Source of the DNA: Macrostomum hystrix
Taxonomy: Eukaryota > Animalia > Platyhelminthes
DNA: 64,000 nucleotides
NCBI GenBank assembly: GCA_950097015.1
Contig: CATNEN010000015.1
Coordinates: 1,364,001-1,428,000, forward strand
Reading direction: 5' to 3'
Shown here in pieces: positions 56,401 to 64,000 of this stretch. Every line of letters starts with the position of its first letter. Positions within the stretch are counted from its first letter, which is position 1. The notes under the pieces are model-generated. The model made no database searches. It saw only the letters and a list, made by a program, of their open reading frames with translations, and was not told the origin of the DNA. The position numbers were made by a program, and so were the translations under genes.

Positions 56401-56926
56401 TGGCTGCCCCGTGCGCGTGTTCACGCTCTACAACGCCTGACTACTGTTTCCATAACCCGTCCCCCACGCACAAATAATAACTAAAAATAAATATCGACCA
56501 CCCGGTCTGCCAGCCGCAATCAGAAGTCCGCTGCACGAAATTGACTACACGCGCGAGTGCGAGTGAACCAGAAGTAAGTCGCTGCCTTGTCTCCTTCATT
56601 TCGGGGGCTGTAGTGGGGACCGTCCGTGTGTCCTGACGCCGACTAAGGAGGGGGACTAGACCAGGTAGCCAGCCAGGGGTCACCCTGTACTGTACACCCG
56701 CTGTACTTAGACGCCAGCTCGTGCGCCCTGACGCCCCGCTGAAGGGTGATCGACATCACAGCGTCCCGACGCGTGTGCCGGCCACTTGGGTGCGTCCTGA
56801 TGCCCCAGACTTAGGGTCCCGTGCGGACACTCGCGCCCTGACGCAGGCCAGCACGGGCCCGCGTACTCTGACCCTCCTAGGGGCACCCCTCCGGGAAGTC
56901 GCGAGTACAACAGTACGCTGTAGAGG

Positions 56927-57310
56927 GGTGAGTGGCAGAGCGGTCTAACGTCTCGCACCGGGAGACGGGACGCGTTCATGTCCCTGAGCTCGATTCCGCG
57001 GCGAGGCCGCATTCATTTAAGGCGGTGCAACGGAGAAAAGGCTTGGCTGCTTGTTATGCATAGGGACTACTATAGTAGTTGTAGCTAACTACTATTAGTC
57101 CTCGGTCGTGCAATATACGATGCCCTTGAGGGCCAGCCTCCAAAGCACAGTGAAAGTGCACACTGCGTTTCCAAGCGTATCTGTGTGCCTATGTGCTCAG
57201 GAGTCAGCGAAATGGGCAGACTTACCTCCTCGCTGGCTGCGGGTCTAGTTTTATAGAATGGTGTGCCATTGCCCGCAGCCTTCCTACAATTAAAGAAATA
57301 AATAAATAAA
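56927..57310 (+). mobile_element. SINE family 2, near full-length copy with (taaa)n tail
   Basis: gtggcagagcggtctaacg head, gagctcgattcc B box, body motifs, aaataaataaataaa tail. Confidence 0.8.
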
Positions 57311-57769
57311 CTATAAAGAAAAAAATATATACGCAGTAGAGGCGCATGTGAGGTGGCCAGCCAGCTGAAGGCTCCGGCGAGCAAAAGAGTTTTACTATGT
57401 AGATCTATCTCCTAGATGCATAAAAATGCACCAAATTCCACTGGTCTTAACTGGCGTCTGGGATGGCGATTGCGCAACAGTGTAAAAATGTTTCTTGATC
57501 TCAAACAGGCTTAGAAGTAATCATTCTCAGTTGGCTCTGCCTGTTCAAGGTGCGCTTCGAAAGCTTGATGTTTCGAACTTGAACAGGCCCTAGAAAGTTG
57601 CCTTAATGGTGACTTCGCTGCGGTGTCTTAAGTTGCCATGTCGTTGCCTGGTCGCGCTGAAGTACGACAGTCCAATCATAGCCAGCGTCAACAAGCTAGC
57701 GAATATTGATGCTGATGCTGAGGCAACATAGTCAGCTTTCAGCGCTCTGCAGCGAGTTGCGAGCTGGCC

Positions 57770-58030
57770 AGTTTCTATCAGCTGCTATATGAAGCCTTAC
57801 GTTGACACACTCACACTCAATGAAGCTGTTTCCCAACTGGCTAGGTGTTCGGCGTTCAGCATCATAGGAACACTGACGTACACCTGCTGCCTCTGCAGCT
57901 TGTCGGCGACGCACATCGCCGGCCTGATGGCGAAGCGTGAGCCGTCGCTCTCCAATGAGTGGTGCGCGAACAGCGGCAGCCTCGGACGCTGAGCTGGGTG
58001 CAGGAGTCCGAGCTAATGCACTTAGAGACC
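57770..58030 (-). pseudogene. Decayed remnant of the first N-terminal domain of the FReD family
   Basis: Minus-strand translation TQLSVRGC/(frameshift)LFAHHSLESDGSRFAIRPAMCVADKLQRQQVYVSVPMML aligns to AQLSVNGCALFVHDTGASDGPHLAVEPVMCVTD...QQLYVSVPVVL. Confidence 0.7.
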
Positions 58031-58364
58031 GGCTACCAGCGAGCAGATCAGATTGGCCAATGCAGGAGGCGACGACATTGATGCAATTATGTTTCCATGT
58101 TCGCGATTGTACGAAAACTCTGATAATCGTACGAACTGTGACTTTCTGTAGAGTGGATGCAGCTGGATATTGGGGTGCCACTCGAGCCCCCAACTAAAAA
58201 GCTAAATGCGATTTGCTGATGAACATCCGTTGCTATTAAAACCAAACAGCACATGGTTTGTGGACGGACGTAGGATGGCTGATGCATGGGTATTTTTAGC
58301 TCTAAATGTGCGCTTGACTGTAAACAACATAGAGTGTCATTAAAACCTGAGCAGCCACCCTTTG

Positions 58365-58510
58365 GCATGAGCAGTCACTCGCTCCCGTATCGTGCACGAA
58401 CAGCGCGCAGCCGTTCACACTGAGCTGGGCCACGAAGCGGAGCAGCGGTGAGCCTTTGGCTGCGCACTGGGAGACCTGGCCAGCTGCCAGCGAGCAGAGC
58501 AGCAGAGAAG
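58365..58510 (-). pseudogene. Truncated 5' copy of FReD gene A (signal peptide + start of first domain)
   Basis: Near-identical to 3450-3590 (LLLCSLAAGQVSQCAAKGSPLLRFVAQLSVNGCALFVHDTGASD); similarity ends abruptly. Confidence 0.85.
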
Positions 58511-59357
58511 TTCTCGCAACCGCTGTGTTACTCGTAAATGAAGAAAGTACGTATACCTTCTTCATAACAATTGAGAACTTTTGAGAATTGAGGCTTACTT
58601 ATCTCCTTTACTTCCAAAATCACCTCCCAACGTCTTTTATTGCTATTAAAAAATTTAAGAATGCGTTAAAGAATAGAAATGTATTTTATTTACTGTAAGA
58701 CTAAAAAGCCAAGATTGTACGTAATCTTAACGGAGTGACTCAAGAGTTAATGCAATAGCAGTTAGTGATTAACTTACAATTCAAATTAAATATTTTTATT
58801 AATAATATAAATCATTTGTGATAACGAGTCTGAGTTTCCAACCTTCGTTTTTGCTGAGCTATAGTCAGTATAAGTTCCTCCAGTTCCTGTTAAAGTACTT
58901 CTTTAAGTAGCACACAGAAGCTGTCCGCTTTCAAAATGAGGACCCTGGATCTGAGAAAATTCGACAAATAGGCATAGGCCAATTTTGATATCTACGAGTA
59001 TTTAATTTTGATTTTGATTGTTGCCCCGTGTTTAGAACACAGCAACGAGGGCGTCCATTGAGGACTTTAGCAAAATGTAGGACACACGCAGGCCCCTTTG
59101 CATGAGCGCGAATATTTACAAAGTGTCCATATAAATGAATTCTGATCTAATGTGATTTAGCTGCTTCACTGATAGTAAAACTACAGAACAATTTTCTTAG
59201 TTTCTGGGAGCAGTTAGTAGTTGCGCAAAGTTAAACAATGAGATATTGATATTCAGCTTAGTGCACACAATGTCCATTTTTATCGGCCTGAAGCCGTTAG
59301 CAACCTGAGCTAGATGTTACTGAGTGGCTGCCAATGTGAAGTTCCCTCTCGGACCAA

Positions 59358-61521
59358 TCAAATACGCAGCATCAACCGCACCTCGCGCAGCGCCAGCCAA
59401 TGACGGCGCGAGTACCACGCCATGTGCTCATCGTCAGATGAGCTCCTCGTTGCGAAGAGTCCGTTCGGGTTGAAGTGCATGCAGCTGTTGAACCACCAGC
59501 CACCCCTGCCGTAGCCTACTGAGCAGGACTCGCTGCGAGAGTCACTGTCTGAGTCCATGGTGGAAAACCGCGACCCATTGTTGTGCTCCAGAGCGTCCCA
59601 GTTTACACTTGACCTGTCCCTCAGCATCTCTCGATACGTCATCTCATATTTGGTGCTGGCGTCTCCCACCTGGAATCCAGCATACTCAGCATGCAGCTCA
59701 GTCCCATTCCACAGCTTCATCTCCACTCTGAGTGTGACACCGCCTGCACTCAGCGAGTGGATGGTGGAGAGACCTGCGGGTTGATTCAGGCTAGCTGATT
59801 TTTGTAAAAAATCAAAATAGCTCATTTTAAGTTCATCTTAAAAGTTTCTCTAAAGACACAAACTGAACACTTCGACATTCGATTTACAGGTGATATTCTT
59901 TTTAAATTTTTCTAGCAAAATACAGATAACAACTTTGGTCAACTCACCGATCCAGAAGTCGGAACCATACCCGAATCCAGACTCGTACTCAGTCCAAGCC
60001 CTCTGAAAGCTCACGCCTCCGGTCACTCTCTGCTGGAAGCTCATGAACCACCTGCCGTCGGGCAGGGAGCGGAAAGCTTCATAAGAAGCAACACCAGCTC
60101 TTATCATGGTGAGAATCTTGGAGCAAGACTTATGGCTTGAGCACTGAATTGTTGCACCTGACGCCCTCATTCTCCGGGATGATATTTCTCTGGTGGAATC
60201 GAGAGTGCACTGATTGGACAGAAGAGAGGTCATCTTCCACTTCAGATGCTGCCACAGGTCCACGGGCTCCGAGCGAGCAGCGAAGCTGGGGTCAGAAATG
60301 AAGCAGCGAATATGAGTTAGATTGGGGGAAATATTTTCAGCATGCACAGTGCTTCTACCGACCTTAGACCGTCACACTGGCTGTAGCTGTAACAGTGAAT
60401 CCGCAGCTGAGCAGTCTTCCAGTCTGCCGATACCATCAGCGGACCGATTGAGAAGCGAGAACTCAAGGCTGAGCTCACAATGCTCTGAGCACTCCACAGT
60501 TTCATGAAGTTGATTGAGCGAGGATACAGATCAGCAAGCTGAGACCTCACAGCTTCCAGTGTGGCCTCATCTTGCAGCAGTACATCCAGCTTGAGGTAGT
60601 ACATGCTACGGCTGTAGTCATACATGACTGACTCGCTGCTCAAACTGCTGATGTTGTGGCAGAGCAGAGGCTCGATGACGAAGTAGCCCTTGATGTCGAG
60701 TCTCTGGTGCACTCGAGCAGTGCAGCTTTCGAGGTTGATCGAGCGGATGAACCGCAATTTTCGACACTGAGTAAATTTTTCGTATTTTTTCCGGTTCATT
60801 AGTACGTCAAAGAAGGCCCTTTTCTGAACCATTGGTTGGCATTCGAGACGCTGTTTAGTTGCATTCGTCACGATGTGCGCTGACAGAAGAATTTGGTCCA
60901 GAGCCTCCAACTGGGCTATGGCCATTTCAGTCCTGTGAAGCAGAAGAATATATTTATTCCGCATTCATTAAAGCTACTGTCTACTTGATAGAACACTGTA
61001 GAGTGAACTCACGCTAAATAAAAAGTGCCTCCATCCATTGTGCTTCGGATTCGGAGGCTGCCCACTGCTTCATCAGGGCTCCAAATGAACCCCACAGTGT
61101 GAACAGATGCATTTTCCCTTGCAGAGACTTTTATTTCAGTGACAGGGGCGAAGCTCACGGATCTTGGCGACAGATGGCTGAGCAGACTTTTGACATCCTC
61201 GAGCATTCTATCGTCTCTCAGCACCACAGGTATGCTCACGTACAGCTGCTGAGTGACTGGGTCGAGTCTCGGAAGCAAGCCTTCAAGGCTGTCCGTCACG
61301 CACATGACAGGCTCGACGGCCAAGTGCGGACCGTCGCTCGCTCCAGTGTCGTGCACGAACACCGCGCAGCCGTTCACACTGAGCTGGGCCACGAAGCGGA
61401 GCTGCGGTGAGCCTGTGGCTGTACAATAGGAAATCAGACAGAGCTGTAGGGCAAACATCAGCATGGGCAGTGCAAGCGGCAAATTATCCGTAAAGTGAGA
61501 CATTCTCTGTTCCTTTTTCAT
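59358..61521 (-). CDS. Secreted FReD protein B, paralog of A; exons 61521-61013, 60932-60363, 60285-59948, 59773-59358 (610 aa)
   Basis: Same architecture and shared intron positions (GLR|, FWxG|); FReD motifs FQRAWTEYESGFG, FSTMDSD, GGWWFNSC; frame continuous after splicing (1833 nt). Confidence 0.8.
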
Positions 61522-62756
61522 GAACAAACTGTGCCTTAGCGATCAGTGGGGCCTATTATTTTCTAAACACTTGTTGGGTTCTTATATACGTTATGCTGGA
61601 AAGCACGGAAATTCTGATTGCCGTGGGTGCCAAGGTTTTGTGATGATCATGGATGCATCATGTCAGTTTACAGAAGTCAAGTGCGAATTTGTAACAACAA
61701 TTTGCAACTGCTACACTTATTTCAAGTCGCTCAGTGCACCGAATTTGTTTTTAACAGGCTGGTTGTTTTAGCCGCGTGATATTTTCTAAGTTAGTTGTTT
61801 TGCTGCAAAGTGCAAAAACTTTAGTGCAAAGGAAGTGCGCGCTCCAAAGACATGGCAGCAATGCGCACACCAGAAGTGTTACCTATGCCGAGAGTGACAC
61901 AAATTGTTTCTGAAAGCATCAAACTGTACTTTTCAGAGGCCCTTCTGCAGCTGATGGAATGCTAAAGCTGAACCTGCTCTGCTTAAAAAAACTTGGTCAA
62001 CCGTTTTAAAAATTGCTGTGGCAGGCAATAATATGTATACCAACGCTGGGTTGCTCTGTGACGTCCAGTGTCACCCAGGGCTGTGTCACGCAGACACACA
62101 CTCCAAGACTCATTGTCTTTGAGTTTAAACTTTCGCTGTTCCTCGCATGAAAAATGAACCAAAAAGACACAAGAAATCTTTCCTCAGCAGCGCCCAGAAA
62201 ATGTGGTGTCACCGCGGAATCGAGATCAGCAGACACTTTAACCCTTCTGCCACAGCCTTTGATTTGGCATTGATGAGATATGATACAGAGTTCGTTCGTA
62301 TATATATATTATAGCTTAGATAAGCCAGAGATGAGTTTTTTTAATAATCCATTGATTAATATAAAGCGCACGCGCGGGTGCTGATTATTATTCTTCGAAA
62401 ATAATTGCCCTCAAAATTCCCATTATCAAAAGCAAAAGCGAAAGCAAAGACCAAGGTCTAAAAATGTTCTTGTAAAACTATCGAGACAAATATTTATGGT
62501 GAGGAAGTTGATAACTAAACAAACAAAGGGAAGAGAAAAAATGTTCGGAAATAAAATTTAAATTTAGCCAACGGGGAGAGAAATTTGCTGATTTTTTTAA
62601 CACCTAAACCTTATTAGGGCAGCTGTTCTCTGATTTTAGATACCTCCGTAATATAATTAGCTAGGGCTTCAGTGGTTTCCCTGTCATCTCGTTCCATTAA
62701 ATAGTTTTATTACCCAGTCAGAAATGGTAGATTTACGCACTCGCAAGACTATTTAC

Positions 62757-62816
62757 CAAGGACTTCTATATAATAGCATCTGTTATTATATAGATGCTAT
62801 TATATAGAAGTCCTTG
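62757..62816. repeat. Perfect 25-bp inverted repeat with a 10-nt loop (caaggacttctatataatagcatct)
   Basis: Arms 62757-62781 and 62792-62816 are exact reverse complements. Confidence 0.9.
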
Positions 62817-64000
62817 CTATTTACGAACTATTTACAACAATTTACGCATTGATTTATGACCAAGTGTGTGTGCGCAAGACCAGCTCCTTCGGCCCATAGA
62901 CAATACCCGTCTGGGATTTACTGCATAGTAGCTCAGAAGAGGGATGGCACGGAGATCAAGTGGGGCAGCATTTACCGCACAGTTGCGGAATTTATTACAC
63001 ACTTCAATATATTTCTTTGATGGCCTTTGGGCCATAAACTATACACGAGCTTGAGACGTTTACGCACACTTGGTTATATGTCAATGAGAATATTTTTCTA
63101 GCTTCGCCATCGGAACCATTAGAGCAGACCACAGATATAATCATTTTATTATTATATTTGTTTTATTGTCTGTGGAGCAGACAGATATTTTTTACTTCTT
63201 CAATGTATATTTATAGGCATATTTATATGCTCATATGTGCTAATATGTGCTCATATGTTTATTTCGAAAATCAGACAGCACTTTATGTTTAGCCAATCAC
63301 AGGCAAAGCGATAAAACAGAACTATTAAACAGTTTGCACCTGGAGACTGGCTGGAGTAAAATATGTTCTCACAAAAGGATTCTGACATGAAGTTAAGGGA
63401 ATTCATGCAAAAAATTGGAATAACGAATCGTAAGATTAGGATAATTGAAGAAATTATTGATAGGCACCAGTAGGGAACAACAAACTCTGGGCCAGTAAGA
63501 GTCGACTTACAAAATCGAACCGCTTGGCTAACGAAAAAAAACTGAATTTTCCTAAAAAGTTATTAAAAATGCCTACTCTAAGTAGACTAATTGGCACGTA
63601 AACAATATCGGTGCTAAATTCTACAAATCGGAAGATCCTAAATGTGACCTTAATAGGTGGAGCGCGACGGGGGCGGTCATTAGCTACTCATGCTGTCTGT
63701 GTGTGCTGCCACTGCAAACAGGCCAACTTAAAGCTGGTAAGCTGTTGTGTTGACAGGAGTTTAATTTTAAATTATCAACTTACTAAATGTACCTAACGGC
63801 TTATGCTAACACTATTTGCCTATTCCTGGGGGCGACTCAGGTACTTATATCCTGCCATATTTCCCTACGCTTAAATGTTTTATATATACAGTGTCTTCCC
63901 CTTTCATTGGCCAATATTTTCCTTAAAAATATGCTTCAATGAAGTTATTTATATTGCTTGACTCAAATTTAACACACAGCAAGGAGAGATCCGCCATGCT

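Overview
Eukaryotic (animal, probably invertebrate) genomic DNA with GT-AG introns. The short introns and GC-rich exons are reminiscent of a free-living flatworm such as Macrostomum, but the organism is an inference. Hand-spliced, frame-checked gene models: two paralogous secreted proteins with a C-terminal fibrinogen domain and a duplicated N-terminal domain I do not recognise (minus strand, one at each end of the window, plus two decayed remnants); a small LRAT/PPPDE-like permuted NlpC/P60 membrane protein; a 9-exon class C GPCR of the mangetout/mXR type; ISWI; a POGZ/ZNF280-like zinc-finger gene head-to-head with ISWI; and an intron-containing thymidine phosphorylase. Mobile and repeat DNA: one intact BEL/Pao LTR retrotransposon (LTRs identical by eye, 5-bp TSD), a solo LTR, two tRNA-derived SINE families and several minisatellites. 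The two most unusual signals are: (1) a dense cluster of TA-G(n)GCC-TA micro-insertions around the ISWI/POGZ promoter region, shown to be insertions because they interrupt a SINE copy that aligns to other copies in the window; (2) a 36-bp tandem repeat that multiplies a GPCR splice donor 17 times in frame.
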